From positions 124,001-188,000 of the IMG/VR virus record IMGVR_UViG_3300040801_002079: DNA of 64,000 bases. One strand, 5' to 3'. Each line of letters begins with the position of its first letter. Within the stretch, counting starts at the first letter, position 1. Positions 46,781 through 57,361 of this stretch are shown piece after piece. A program made the translations under genes and the position numbers. The notes beneath the pieces are model-generated. The model was not told the DNA's origin and ran no database searches. It saw nothing but the letters and a program-made list of their open reading frames with translations.

Positions 46781-47339
46781 TCTGTTGCCCAATCAAGTGT
46801 AACTGTAGAACAATAAGTAATGAGTAAGGTATCGTATGAGACTTACGCATATCACTATTTATCCGCTTAGTGTATAATTCTGGGCGAATAGCTTCCGGGT
46901 TCTCTAAATATTTTTCCAGCAGGCCAATCTTTCCGGGCCTAATTAATGCTAGAATGTCTGATAATTGCTGAACACTTCGGGGCTTCACTTTCTCCACAAT
47001 GTCAAAATGTTTACCAATATGGAATAACCCGCTAACAATTTTTTCACTTTCAAGTAGTGTCCAATCCGGCTCTTGCTTCAAAAGTGCCCGCATTTGAGCC
47101 TTACTCTTAAACTCTTTCAAGAGATTAAGATGTAGTAAATCAATCTTCAAGAAACCAACATCCTCAGCCTCTTTATAGGGTATGGCAGATAATTTAGTTT
47201 CGGGGTCTACAGGAATTTGCTGAAAATAAACACCAGCAGGGTGTTTTCTCAGTTTACCATCTTCGTTCATTGAGGCATAAACTAAATCAAAAACATCACT
47301 GGGATTAAAATCCGGGCGTAGATCGATATCAATGTCCAT
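46764..47339 (-). CDS. DNA polymerase III alpha (DnaE)-like fragment, C-terminal palm half
   Basis: begins MDIDIDL (catalytic DxD), KHPAGVYF, GFLKIDLL, ALIRPG, KSHTIPY. Confidence 0.85.
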   Translation of the reverse strand: MDIDIDLRPDFNPSDVFDLVYASMNEDGKLRKHPAGVYFQQIPVDPETKLSAIPYKEAEDVGFLKIDLLHLNLLKEFKSKAQMRALLKQEPDWTLLESEKIVSGLFHIGKHFDIVEKVKPRSVQQLSDILALIRPGKIGLLEKYLENPEAIRPELYTKRINSDMRKSHTIPYSLLIVLQLHLIGQQNENTT

Positions 47340-48069
47340 AATTCATTTCTATTTCTCGTTTTGTAACTATTAAATCTTCAACGCTTTCACAAAAGTTTAT
47401 CTTACTTTCATAATGTAGCATATTATACTCTTCCTGTAAAGCGAAGTTGTATTGCTGATCCTTCATGTCAAGTAAGTAAATAATAGTGTCATTGATGTTA
47501 AAGTTTTTTAACCTCATAGTCAATTCGAAAAATGGAAATTTAGAAATATCTATATCTGTTATAGGATTAAGAGATGATATCAATCCTCTCAATTGATTCA
47601 TATTCATGTCTTCGATATAAAAATCATCATCTAATCTGCTTAGCGTGATCGCTATAATGTCCAAAGCCTCTTGATATTTTTCTTCCAGATTTGGAGAAAA
47701 TCTAAAACTTATTCTTTCATTGTAATACTCGACAAGCTTTTGATGTAAGAATTGTTTTCCTGATTCAACATCCTTTAAAGACATATTAGATGAATAGTCT
47801 ATTAATATAAGACCACGTTCTTCTTCTAATTTATTAAGCTTTTCCTTATATTCTGAAATATTCTCAACAGAAAATCTATCAAGATTGCGCAAAGACTCTC
47901 TCCAATTGACCCATTGATTGCGAGATTGTGATGTAAGAGGGACATCCTGTAGTTGTGTCCAGTCACTTTCCAATAGGAGTCTGTTGCGTCTAGCAATAAG
48001 GCTGACCCATTTTATTTCTTCTTGATTTTTTGACTGCGAATATTTTAAATTCTTTATCTTTTTTATCAT
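47329..48069 (-). CDS. Phage tail assembly chaperone (Phage_tail_APC-like N-terminus)
   Basis: RNRLLLESDWTQLQDVP...WVNWRESLRNL. Confidence 0.75.
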   Translation of the reverse strand: MIKKIKNLKYSQSKNQEEIKWVSLIARRNRLLLESDWTQLQDVPLTSQSRNQWVNWRESLRNLDRFSVENISEYKEKLNKLEEERGLILIDYSSNMSLKDVESGKQFLHQKLVEYYNERISFRFSPNLEEKYQEALDIIAITLSRLDDDFYIEDMNMNQLRGLISSLNPITDIDISKFPFFELTMRLKNFNINDTIIYLLDMKDQQYNFALQEEYNMLHYESKINFCESVEDLIVTKREIEMNYGH

Positions 48070-48082
48070 GTCAAGGTCTACA

Positions 48083-50383
48083 TTATGCTGGCTTAAAGAA
48101 GAAATATACCGTGGCCCGTGTTAGGGTTGCATCGTATGTTGTCCAAACCGCAGGGAATGAAAGATTTGATGATCCGTAACTAGTCACTATACTCTGATTT
48201 ATATAGTTAGTGTTCTCAGCTTCATTATAATAAACCCTATAAAATGTTCGCAAATAATTGACCACATATCCATCAGGAACATTTATATCAAATCCAGTTA
48301 CATCTCCGTCATTGCCATCAATATCACTCGTTATAGATAAAGAGAACTTTTCACCGTCAACGAAGGTCGTGGTCCTACTTCCAAACGAACTGGTTCCTCC
48401 GGTTTGTCTAATATCTGCACTTAACGTAAATGATCTTTCTGGAGTCGGCGTTGGGGAAGGGCCATCTGGTGGTGGGGTTCCATCTATGTTCCAACAGAAT
48501 TGATTTAAATAATTACATATGTTTTTGCCTTCCATCCATCTAGTAGCAAAATCACCTGAAAATGAATCATTATGTATTATCTGAACCGCGCCATCTGGTA
48601 ACAACGCCGCACTATCGAATGTTACATCATTCATACTGAAGGTTCTAGTTCCCAAATTACAATTTCCGCTTCCATCAGAAACTCCTATATTTGTATACCC
48701 CATTGGTTGAGTTGAAGACTCACCAATCATTGCTAATAACTGATTTCCTGTAATTCCCACGGGTTCAAATATAAAGAGCCATTTTCTTCCGGGTCCACCA
48801 ATTTCTTGTAGATATAACCCAGCTTTACATATAGCATATTCCGATGTAGTTCTAGACATAGAACCAAAATTATCATTATAATTATTATATCCAACTACTC
48901 TTGTCGCGTTAGAGAAAATTTGCCCAGCCGGAACGGTGTCGCCTTCGGCTGGTGTTATAACGGAGCAACTTCCTGTAACAGGAGCATCATCTACTCCATC
49001 ATGATCCCAGCTTGAGTACCAATATGTCAATGTTCCGGGCGATGAAGGGAATGGCCCCTCAGTCCCCGGATTTGTTAAGTTTGTTCCACCCGCAGCACAT
49101 CCACCAACATATCCAACCGAACTAATATCAGATGATCCGGGTATCCACCATTGTCGGGTATTGCCAACACTATCAGTGAGAATAACTCTACCGTGGAATC
49201 TTACGGTCATGCTATAATTATTTTCAGTATTAAATTCCGCGCTATCAAATTTCAAACGAATATATGGTATTTCTCCGGGGGATATATTTGTACGCAATGA
49301 TCCAGTTCCGTCTCCACCGAAATAACTCTTTAAGACTGTGCTGAGGGGATATGCCGACCCCTGATAGTACGTGCCTCCACTTCCAACCTCAACTAAGCCA
49401 GAGGGATCACTTGTGGGAGATTGAATAGTGGCGAATACATTTTGGAAATCAACAGTGTAAGGTGGGACCCCACCACTAATGTTTTGTAATGAAAAATATG
49501 TACTCTGATCATATGCACTTTTTGCAACATTACCCTCAGTATCGATGTGTGATGTGTTCGTTCCGCCTCCGGGTCCGGGAGTTCCGGGATCACATGGTGC
49601 GGGAGATACATAGAGTCGCGTATCGACTCCTAATGGCTCTACTGGCTCGGGAGTATCGGTTGGAGTCGGTGATACCGGAGGTGAGGGGGGAGGCGTTCCT
49701 GCGGGGCTGCTAGTTGGTGTGACTGTAATTCCCACTGGAGGGGTTGGGGTTGGAGTAACCTCTGGTAAATCTGGGGGAGTAACCTGTTGCCCCAGATTGT
49801 TATTGCCGCGTATTCCTATAATTAAATAGTTTACGTAAGATTCAATAGTAGTGGTATCTCCTAACACCTTATAGTGCATGGTTACTCTTGCTTCAGAGTC
49901 AGTACCACAAGTCATTCCAGAAAATCCGGAATTATATGCTGCGGGTGCTACTGACCATATACATTCAGAGTATTCAAACTCTCGGCCCGTTACAGGGCTA
50001 ATGGGTTTAGGCAATTGCTGACCATGATATACTGTTCCCCAGTTTGCTGCAACATCATCGTAACTTGATATTGGAATCCAATATGTTCCATCCCAAAAAT
50101 ATAGCACACCAGATGTTGAGTTATACCAAAACTGTCCATGGGTTGGGTTAACAAGCAAATTCTCATGACTTTGCGATGTGTCGGGTGTTCCGGGAACAGA
50201 TGGGTTTTCAGGGCAAGCAAAATTTTCTAGCAAGTGTAATAGATTTTCATTAAGATATTCACCATATTCTAGATTTATTCTTCCAAACATAGCAACATCA
50301 ACAGAGGTTCTATTAACATCACCCTGTTTAACTTCTATTGGACTAGCACTAACTTGTGTAAAATCTATTTTATATGTTGACAT
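48083..50383 (-). CDS. Virion fibre protein, paralog 4 of tandem array
   Basis: shared FGR..LEYGE.LNENLLHLLENFACPE module, PT linker, unique C-terminus. Confidence 0.8.
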   Translation of the reverse strand: MSTYKIDFTQVSASPIEVKQGDVNRTSVDVAMFGRINLEYGEYLNENLLHLLENFACPENPSVPGTPDTSQSHENLLVNPTHGQFWYNSTSGVLYFWDGTYWIPISSYDDVAANWGTVYHGQQLPKPISPVTGREFEYSECIWSVAPAAYNSGFSGMTCGTDSEARVTMHYKVLGDTTTIESYVNYLIIGIRGNNNLGQQVTPPDLPEVTPTPTPPVGITVTPTSSPAGTPPPSPPVSPTPTDTPEPVEPLGVDTRLYVSPAPCDPGTPGPGGGTNTSHIDTEGNVAKSAYDQSTYFSLQNISGGVPPYTVDFQNVFATIQSPTSDPSGLVEVGSGGTYYQGSAYPLSTVLKSYFGGDGTGSLRTNISPGEIPYIRLKFDSAEFNTENNYSMTVRFHGRVILTDSVGNTRQWWIPGSSDISSVGYVGGCAAGGTNLTNPGTEGPFPSSPGTLTYWYSSWDHDGVDDAPVTGSCSVITPAEGDTVPAGQIFSNATRVVGYNNYNDNFGSMSRTTSEYAICKAGLYLQEIGGPGRKWLFIFEPVGITGNQLLAMIGESSTQPMGYTNIGVSDGSGNCNLGTRTFSMNDVTFDSAALLPDGAVQIIHNDSFSGDFATRWMEGKNICNYLNQFCWNIDGTPPPDGPSPTPTPERSFTLSADIRQTGGTSSFGSRTTTFVDGEKFSLSITSDIDGNDGDVTGFDINVPDGYVVNYLRTFYRVYYNEAENTNYINQSIVTSYGSSNLSFPAVWTTYDATLTRATVYFFFKPA

Positions 50384-50413
50384 CTATTATTCCCAATTAT
50401 CTGTATTTATCCA

Positions 50414-51784
50414 TTAAAGACAATCCGGACATTCATCACAATGTTCATAATGTCCATAGCTAATAGGAAGCTCCCAGTCAGTCGGCGTTCGATTATTTGA
50501 ACCCCCAACAGGTGTTGGCTCTCTTGGTATATACCAATTAACACTATTGCCTTCAGCATCTATTAGAATAACCCACCCTGACAATGTGTAGTTTATTCGA
50601 TATGTGTAAGTTGGATCGAAATTATCAGGGTTATCAAACTTAGGAGTAAACTTAACATATGGTAGAGATGTTGTATTTAGATTTGTGCGCAACCACGATG
50701 TATCCGACCCCACTCCTCCATAATATCTTATATCCATTGTCATTGGGGGCAGCGCATATTGTCGAGTCTGACTTTCCCCTGTTAAACTATACCACCCTGT
50801 TATCGGGCTAACGACTATCCATCTAAAGATTACTTGATACGGTCCATTGCCTCCTGATAAATCCTGTAAGGACACATAATATGGTTGCTCAACTTGATTT
50901 ATTTGTATTGATGGGCCACATGTGTTGTATAGTCTTATTCCGGTTCCTCCGGGTCCGGGCGCTCCGGGGTCTCCGGGAGATGGTGCAGTATATAATCTGG
51001 TATTAATGCCCAGAGGTTGAGGAGACGGAGTTGGTGTAACTTCGGCTGTAACTGTTGGGGTTACTGTGCTTGTTGGAGTTACAGTTGGTGTAAAATCAGG
51101 GGTGCTCGTCACGGTAGGAGTAACTGTTGGGGTTAATCCATATGTTGGGGTTGGGGTTGGAGTTATACCAGATGGAAGCGGTGGTGGAACTAAGCTTCCT
51201 TTGTTTTGATTCCCCTTTATTCCTATGATTAAGTAATTCGCTGTTCCGGGAAGTAGATCGGGTGGGGTGCCGTATTCCATTGTAACAATGGCATTGTTGT
51301 CTGTTGCGCAATTTACAACACTAAACCCCGTATCATATGTCGCAGGAGCCACACACCATATACATTCGTTATATTCAAACTCTTGACCACTTGTTGGGCT
51401 TACAGGTTTAGGTATCTGCTCTCCATGAAATATTGATCCCCAATTGGCAGCTACATCATCCATACTGCTAATTGGGGTCCACGCAGATTCTGTATAAACA
51501 TATAATGTGCCTTTTGTTGTGTTATACCAGAATTGTCCATTTATTGAATTATCAAATATATTATCAAATGATAAATTGGTGTCTGGGTTTCCGGGATTTA
51601 AAGGGTCTTCGGGGCAGGCAAAGTTTTCCAATAGATGAACAAGGTTTTCCTGAAGAGCGTCACCGTATTTTAATCGAATATATCCAAATAATGATATATC
51701 CGTAGATGTAGTATCAACAGATTGCTCATTAACCTTTATTGGAGCTAGGTTGATGTTTGTATATTGAACGGTATAAGTGGTCAT
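50414..51784 (-). CDS. Virion fibre protein, paralog 3
   Basis: same N-module; PT linker; Cys-rich end HCDECPDCL. Confidence 0.8.
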   Translation of the reverse strand: MTTYTVQYTNINLAPIKVNEQSVDTTSTDISLFGYIRLKYGDALQENLVHLLENFACPEDPLNPGNPDTNLSFDNIFDNSINGQFWYNTTKGTLYVYTESAWTPISSMDDVAANWGSIFHGEQIPKPVSPTSGQEFEYNECIWCVAPATYDTGFSVVNCATDNNAIVTMEYGTPPDLLPGTANYLIIGIKGNQNKGSLVPPPLPSGITPTPTPTYGLTPTVTPTVTSTPDFTPTVTPTSTVTPTVTAEVTPTPSPQPLGINTRLYTAPSPGDPGAPGPGGTGIRLYNTCGPSIQINQVEQPYYVSLQDLSGGNGPYQVIFRWIVVSPITGWYSLTGESQTRQYALPPMTMDIRYYGGVGSDTSWLRTNLNTTSLPYVKFTPKFDNPDNFDPTYTYRINYTLSGWVILIDAEGNSVNWYIPREPTPVGGSNNRTPTDWELPISYGHYEHCDECPDCL

Positions 51785-51802
51785 TCGATCCTCACCTTAT
51801 AC

Positions 51803-53353
51803 CTAGTCGTAACCAAGTATTCTTAACTCTGTCAGACATGAACCCGGACATATACTGCAATCATAATAGTGATTCCAAGTGCTATTAAATTTATATGTCG
51901 ATCCGGGGTTAACTCGTTGATTCGATCCTCCGGTTTGAGTTGCATCCTCGGTTAACCACCATGTAATAGATGTACCAACCGAATCTGTCGCTCTAATATA
52001 TCCCCATACTTCAGTCCAGAATCCAAGATAGCTTGCTTTATCTAAATCGTACCAAAGATCATCATTACCTGTATAGGTGTCAACCCTAGTATAACATGCC
52101 TCTCCGGGATCAACATTAATTCTAATTTCATTAACCCCGCTTGATTGTCGCGTTCCGCCACCATAATAAACTCTCAGTTCAGGCTCGACTGGAAGTGGAT
52201 ATGGATTAGGATCGGTAGGCCACATCATGTATCCAGTAGTATTATCAGTTCCAGCAGAATAGATATTACTCATATCAACAGTGTAAGGTGGAACGCCGCC
52301 AGATAACCCAACTAGATATACACTAACTGTTCTCTCAAGAGCATAAGAAAAATATAAATGTCTAAACGCTGCAACCGTTGCTGGGTCCTGATCGGGCCAC
52401 ACAAGATCGCCACACGAGTTTTTATGGTAAGTTGGTGAGCCACTACTAACGTCATTTGTGTATCCCGGTGAAGGGTACACATATAATCTAGCATCTCTGC
52501 CAAACGGCTCAACACTATTGGGTGGGGTTGATGCGGGTGTGCTCGTTGGCGTTGGCGCAAGAGGTGACGGTGATGGTGTAACAGAATTTGTGGGGGTAAC
52601 TGTTGGGGTTGCGCCAAATGTTGGTGTAGGGGTAGCAGTCGGTGCTGGTGTTTGGGTCGGGGTTATAACTGGGGGATTAATGTTATTAATTCCTCTGTTA
52701 ACATTTCCACGTATGCCAATAATCATGTAATTGGCAATACCGTTTATCAGCGTTGAGTCTCCCGTAACCCTGTATTGCATTGTGACCCGCGCATCATCAT
52801 CATCCGTTGAGCATACCATGAAGTCAATTTCATCATCATAATGATATGGACCCACCATCCAAGAACATTCTTCATATGTAAAGGTTGCACCCGTGCTTGA
52901 CACTGGAAGGGGAATCTGTTCCCCGTGTGCAATGGTTCCATAGTTTGCGGCTATTTCAGAAAATAAACTGAGGGGTACCCAAGTGCCAACATCATTAATC
53001 ATTTTATAAACAAAAAGATGCCCTTCGGTTGATGATGTAAGACCACTGCTTGCAGGAAATCCGGAATTGTACCAAAGCTGTCCTTCAATTGCATTTTCTA
53101 ATGTGTGTCGAATAGCTCCCTCTGTTTCAAGGGTTTCAGATTCAGAGCTAATAAAGGGGTTACCCGCATTCTGAGGGTCTTCGGGACAAGCAAAGTTTTC
53201 CAATAAATGAAGAAGGTTTTCATTCATTAATTCTCCATATTCCAATCTCTCCCTGCCAAATAAAGCAATAGCCAAGTCTTGGTTTATGGTTTTTTCATCC
53301 ACATTAGTGGATGGTTTACTTTTATCTGTTCTGTTAATTACATAAGTAACCAT
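51803..53353 (-). CDS. Virion fibre protein, paralog 2
   Basis: same N-module; PT linker; end DCSICPGSC. Confidence 0.8.
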   Translation of the reverse strand: MVTYVINRTDKSKPSTNVDEKTINQDLAIALFGRERLEYGELMNENLLHLLENFACPEDPQNAGNPFISSESETLETEGAIRHTLENAIEGQLWYNSGFPASSGLTSSTEGHLFVYKMINDVGTWVPLSLFSEIAANYGTIAHGEQIPLPVSSTGATFTYEECSWMVGPYHYDDEIDFMVCSTDDDDARVTMQYRVTGDSTLINGIANYMIIGIRGNVNRGINNINPPVITPTQTPAPTATPTPTFGATPTVTPTNSVTPSPSPLAPTPTSTPASTPPNSVEPFGRDARLYVYPSPGYTNDVSSGSPTYHKNSCGDLVWPDQDPATVAAFRHLYFSYALERTVSVYLVGLSGGVPPYTVDMSNIYSAGTDNTTGYMMWPTDPNPYPLPVEPELRVYYGGGTRQSSGVNEIRINVDPGEACYTRVDTYTGNDDLWYDLDKASYLGFWTEVWGYIRATDSVGTSITWWLTEDATQTGGSNQRVNPGSTYKFNSTWNHYYDCSICPGSCLTELRILGYD

Positions 53354-53526
53354 TATACTTCCTCATAACTGTCAATCTTTGAATGTATCATGTCGGATTT
53401 AAATTCGCCGTCTGATATCTCAAAGACTTCAATTCCCGAATCTGCTGAATTTTGCGCCGATACCCGCTTTTGTGCAGTTCCTATAATAACTTGTTCTCCA
53501 TCGATTTCTTTAACCAATAAAAACAT
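53353..53526 (-). CDS. 57-aa small protein missed by the ORF track ([16 protein letters not shown]...)
   Basis: ATG at 53526 overlaps the upstream stop; its TAA overlaps the downstream ATG (TAATG). Confidence 0.65.
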   Translation of the reverse strand: MFLLVKEIDGEQVIIGTAQKRVSAQNSADSGIEVFEISDGEFKSDMIHSKIDSYEEV

Positions 53527-54893
53527 TATAGTATTTCCCCGCTCCCCTCGACTGTTAATGCAAGCCTAATATCATCAGAGTCGCCTTTTGGTCCAGTTAT
53601 TGTTACAACTATAACCTGAGTCCATTCACTTCCTGATGTTGGTGGACCTAAACACCACGATTTAGTTGTGCCCAGATTACCCGATGTTGGCCCGGATGCT
53701 ACAGGATATGGAAATTCTTGGGTGGCGGTAAATGTATAATCTGATCCATCTTCTCCATCTCTAAATCCATTAACTACCCACTCACCATAAACTCCACATG
53801 ATGCTGCAACGACAGTTCCGTTGGAGTTTATGCTTATACATGCGGTTGAAGCCGTCTTAAGACAAGCATAAAAGCCGCCCTTAACATCGCCAGTTGGATC
53901 AACTGATAGAGATGGTGTAACCTCTGGTGTAACAGTTGGATCAGGCGTATTTGATGGTGTAACTGGAGGCGTTGGCAATGGAGTCTCCGTGGGGTCAGGC
54001 GTACTTGACTGCGTTGGTCCGGGAGTTCCTGCGGGCGTATTTGATGGAGTAACTGGGGGCGTTGGCTCTGGAGTATTTGTTGGTGTAGCAGTAACTCCGG
54101 GTGCGGGTGTATTTGATGGCGTAACAGTATTGGTCGGTGTAACTGTTGGTGTATTTGTTGGGGTTGGCTGTGGAGAGCTTCCGGGAGTCACCGTTGGGGT
54201 TGCGGTAACAACCGGTGTTCCAGTTTGAGTTGGCGTTGGTGTAGGAGTTGCCGCCTCTGGTAAACTTGGAACAGGGCCGATTGCTCCCAGATTTGCATTA
54301 TCCCTTATGCCAACAATCTGATAATTAACTAACCCAGTAGTTAAATCGGAACCAACGGGACGATACTGCATATTAACTGTTGCCTGATCATCAGTAGAAC
54401 AAACCATGTAGTTAATATCATCAGGGTAATTAAACGGGGAAACTATCCACGAACATTCTTCATATTGAAATACATATCCTGTTGTGGGACATACGGGCTG
54501 TGGCAATTGCTCACCGTGTGCAATCACTCCATAGTTGCCAGCAACATCACACCCTGTACCAAGTGCCGTCCATTCTGTTCCATTATATCGATAAGGTCTT
54601 TTATCCGTTGTGTTATACCAAATCTGTCCCTCAATAGGGTTTTCAAGAAGTGCGCCAAATGCATTGGCTAAATCTGGATTTCCGGGATTACCAGCATCTT
54701 CGGGACAGGCAAAGTGTTCTAATAAATGTAAAACATTTTCATTAAATATTTCACCATAATCTCGTTTTGTTTTACCAACGAACGCGATGTCGGCTTTATT
54801 TGTAATCAATTCACCCTTGGAAACAAAGATTGCATCTTTGCTGGCATCGGTAAAGTTTATTGTATAAAGATTTTGTGAGCAGTTAGTTGCCAT
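53526..54893 (-). CDS. Virion fibre protein, paralog 1
   Basis: same N-module; long PT linker; tandem late promoters 54923-54936. Confidence 0.8.
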   Translation of the reverse strand: MATNCSQNLYTINFTDASKDAIFVSKGELITNKADIAFVGKTKRDYGEIFNENVLHLLEHFACPEDAGNPGNPDLANAFGALLENPIEGQIWYNTTDKRPYRYNGTEWTALGTGCDVAGNYGVIAHGEQLPQPVCPTTGYVFQYEECSWIVSPFNYPDDINYMVCSTDDQATVNMQYRPVGSDLTTGLVNYQIVGIRDNANLGAIGPVPSLPEAATPTPTPTQTGTPVVTATPTVTPGSSPQPTPTNTPTVTPTNTVTPSNTPAPGVTATPTNTPEPTPPVTPSNTPAGTPGPTQSSTPDPTETPLPTPPVTPSNTPDPTVTPEVTPSLSVDPTGDVKGGFYACLKTASTACISINSNGTVVAASCGVYGEWVVNGFRDGEDGSDYTFTATQEFPYPVASGPTSGNLGTTKSWCLGPPTSGSEWTQVIVVTITGPKGDSDDIRLALTVEGSGEIL

Positions 54894-54950
54894 AGTTTAT
54901 CCCAAATATAATATTTCCCTAGTATTTATTATTTATGCGATTCAGGATAA

Positions 54951-55619
54951 CTATAAATCTAACTGAGACAAGTAATTTTTGACCTCATTAATTGATCCTT
55001 TATTAACATCAAGTATTAATTGCCACTTATCTAAGTTTATAACAGACTCTATTAATTTCTGCTCTTCATAGTTGGTTTCATTCCTAACATATTCGTGAAA
55101 TTTTTTACTCAATAATAATGCCCAAGGGGATAAGTTTCTAGACTGTATCAGTTTTATCAAATCCTGTGGCTTCAAATGAGAATAAACCTCAGATATTTTA
55201 CACCCAAATGCAGAAGATAACCTCTCCATTGTTGTCAATGTTATGCGCAGATGAACCTTAGCGTCATTCTCTTTATCAAACTGGTTTATAAAGTATGAGT
55301 AGATATCATCATTGTACCAATGCTGTGGGAGTATTGAATCCTTTGCCATTAGTTCAATATACAACGACACATCCGGAATTCCCATTTTTAGTGCGTAGTC
55401 TGTAAATGTATAAAATACCTTATAATACTTTGACCCTATGAAGATTTCTTGAGAAGGATTAGGGAGGTTGCGCTTCTTAAACCATGTTTGGTAGTTTTTA
55501 TATGCCATCTTTCCACGAGGTGTCTTGAGTTCCCCAATACGAGTCTCCTCATCACACTTATGCTTGGTGTAATTTTCTTCTTTAATAAACTTAGTTTTAC
55601 AATATTCACATTCAAACAT
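54951..55619 (-). CDS. hypothetical protein with N-terminal zinc finger
   Basis: FECEYCKTKF...HKC; in the clamp-loader operon. Confidence 0.65.
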   Translation of the reverse strand: MFECEYCKTKFIKEENYTKHKCDEETRIGELKTPRGKMAYKNYQTWFKKRNLPNPSQEIFIGSKYYKVFYTFTDYALKMGIPDVSLYIELMAKDSILPQHWYNDDIYSYFINQFDKENDAKVHLRITLTTMERLSSAFGCKISEVYSHLKPQDLIKLIQSRNLSPWALLLSKKFHEYVRNETNYEEQKLIESVINLDKWQLILDVNKGSINEVKNYLSQLDL

Positions 55620-56067
55620 TTTTATATTCTTTCTTAATGGCTTCGATTTGATCCCACTCGCCTAATTCATCAATTATAGCTAACATGCTTTCCAGATTCA
55701 TCAACTCACTGTCTGCTTTAGCCTCGGCTGTTCCTATTTTATAATACTTTTTCAAAAGATCAACCGTTATTGGCCTCTTGGTTGGTTTAGATTTTTGTTT
55801 TTTCCATTTATAAAATTCAGGTTTATTATTCCCCGAAGAGCACAATAGGTTATAACAAAGTTCTGGATATCGATGAAGTTTAAATATATTTTGGTTTGCG
55901 GATGCTGCAAGCATCAATAGTTTTTCTTTGTCGTTCGTAAACGCCATCCACCTTAAGATAATATAAGGTGAAATTGTTTTTCTCTCTGCATCAGTTAGGG
56001 ACTGTATATAATTATAGTCCCCAACATCGACATGTTTTAAGACTTCAAATATGTCAATCTTGCTCAT
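55612..56067 (-). CDS. Clamp loader small subunit (T4 gp62-like)
   Basis: SPYIILRWM...FYKWKK...LLKKYYKIG pattern; near the RFC ATPase. Confidence 0.7.
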   Translation of the reverse strand: MSKIDIFEVLKHVDVGDYNYIQSLTDAERKTISPYIILRWMAFTNDKEKLLMLAASANQNIFKLHRYPELCYNLLCSSGNNKPEFYKWKKQKSKPTKRPITVDLLKKYYKIGTAEAKADSELMNLESMLAIIDELGEWDQIEAIKKEYKNV

Positions 56068-56371
56068 TAACTGTTAGCCGTTTATTGCAGAACTTACACA
56101 GAACATAGTCTCCACGATTTACTAAAAACTCCCGTGGATGTACACATTCTTTTGCAAGAAGATCACGTAATGCAATAAGTTCGTCAAGATGGACCTGTCG
56201 CTCCATTGTCAATTCGAGAATCTTTTCTTCTATCGGTTGAATATTCTCTTCAATCATGGTGGTCATCTTTTTATGCTTTCGTTTCCATGCAATACGTTCA
56301 TTCTTTGTAGCATGGTTTACAATTTTGGTAAATAATTCTTTGTCCGTCACGGCAATCTCCTTATATGTCAC
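56054..56371 (-). CDS. hypothetical protein
   Basis: coiled coil plus C-terminal ECVH...CKFC. Confidence 0.6.
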   Translation of the reverse strand: MTYKEIAVTDKELFTKIVNHATKNERIAWKRKHKKMTTMIEENIQPIEEKILELTMERQVHLDELIALRDLLAKECVHPREFLVNRGDYVLCKFCNKRLTVNEQD

Positions 56372-57308
56372 AAATTTTAGCTAGACACGCTGATAAGTTA
56401 AGTTCAGGTATGGCGCTGGTATCATGTATGGCAGCATAATGCGCCAATGTTATTACAGCCTTTCGCATATTCGATTCGTTGTTTGAGCATTTTTCAATTT
56501 CTTTCAGATTGTTATTTAAAAACCGATATACATTACCAATATCATCAGGTGAAAGTTCTTGGTAAATTAAATCGCGTATTGAAATCCAATCATTTTCATC
56601 AATTAACATTAGTATCTTAACAAACACTTCAATATTTTCAACCGATGGTGGATGTAAAACTTTACCATCATATGCTTGCTCAATACTCGTAATAAATTTT
56701 CGTAGGTCAGGAAATGCCAATTCCAAATGTGAATCCAAAATGGCAATCAGTTCACCAGAATCTACACTACTTAAATCCATACCCTGTGTATTGAGTATTT
56801 CTAGCACAATTCGTTTCATCTCTTGTTTACTCATACTTGTAAACATATATTCCGTACAGCGTGAACGAATCTCGGGGATAATTTTATGAGGCTTATTGCA
56901 TGTAAGAATGAACCGTGCATTCATATCCTCATCTTCCATCATTGATTTTAACGCTTCCTGTGCTTGTACGGTTAGCGCATCGGCCTCATCCAAAAAGACT
57001 AACCTGAACTTGCTCATGCTCATGGTGCTTATAAACGGTTTAACTTTATGTCGTATATCGTCAACCGAATTATCATCGCTTGCATTAAGAACAAGAACAT
57101 CAATTTCAGGGATGCCGATTTCATTCTGAAGAATATAGCGAAGCGTTGTTTTGCCCGTACCGCGATGTCCTGCTAACAGAAGGTCAGGGAAATCTTTTTG
57201 ATCTATATATTTCCTGAAATTTCGCTCAGTTGCTTCATCTTGAAATACGTATTCATCAATGGACTTTGGGCGATAAAGTTTATACCACCCTGTAGTTATT
57301 TTGCTCAT
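56361..57308 (-). CDS. Clamp loader ATPase subunit (T4 gp44/RFC-like)
   Basis: WYKLYRPKS, GHRGTGKTT, LNASDD, LDEAD, SRC. Confidence 0.93.
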   Translation of the reverse strand: MSKITTGWYKLYRPKSIDEYVFQDEATERNFRKYIDQKDFPDLLLAGHRGTGKTTLRYILQNEIGIPEIDVLVLNASDDNSVDDIRHKVKPFISTMSMSKFRLVFLDEADALTVQAQEALKSMMEDEDMNARFILTCNKPHKIIPEIRSRCTEYMFTSMSKQEMKRIVLEILNTQGMDLSSVDSGELIAILDSHLELAFPDLRKFITSIEQAYDGKVLHPPSVENIEVFVKILMLIDENDWISIRDLIYQELSPDDIGNVYRFLNNNLKEIEKCSNNESNMRKAVITLAHYAAIHDTSAIPELNLSACLAKICDI

Positions 57309-57361
57309 ATGAACTCCTATAATTCTAATATTTTATAAGAGTCTATTAGATATGTCAAGAA

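Noticed and set aside
51785-51805. Amber read-through fusing fibre paralogs 2 and 3
   Set aside because: The frame matches, but a TAA follows one codon after the TAG.
48083-54893. Diversity-generating retroelement acting on the fibre tips
   Set aside because: No reverse transcriptase and no TR/VR pair with adenine-specific differences seen in the window.
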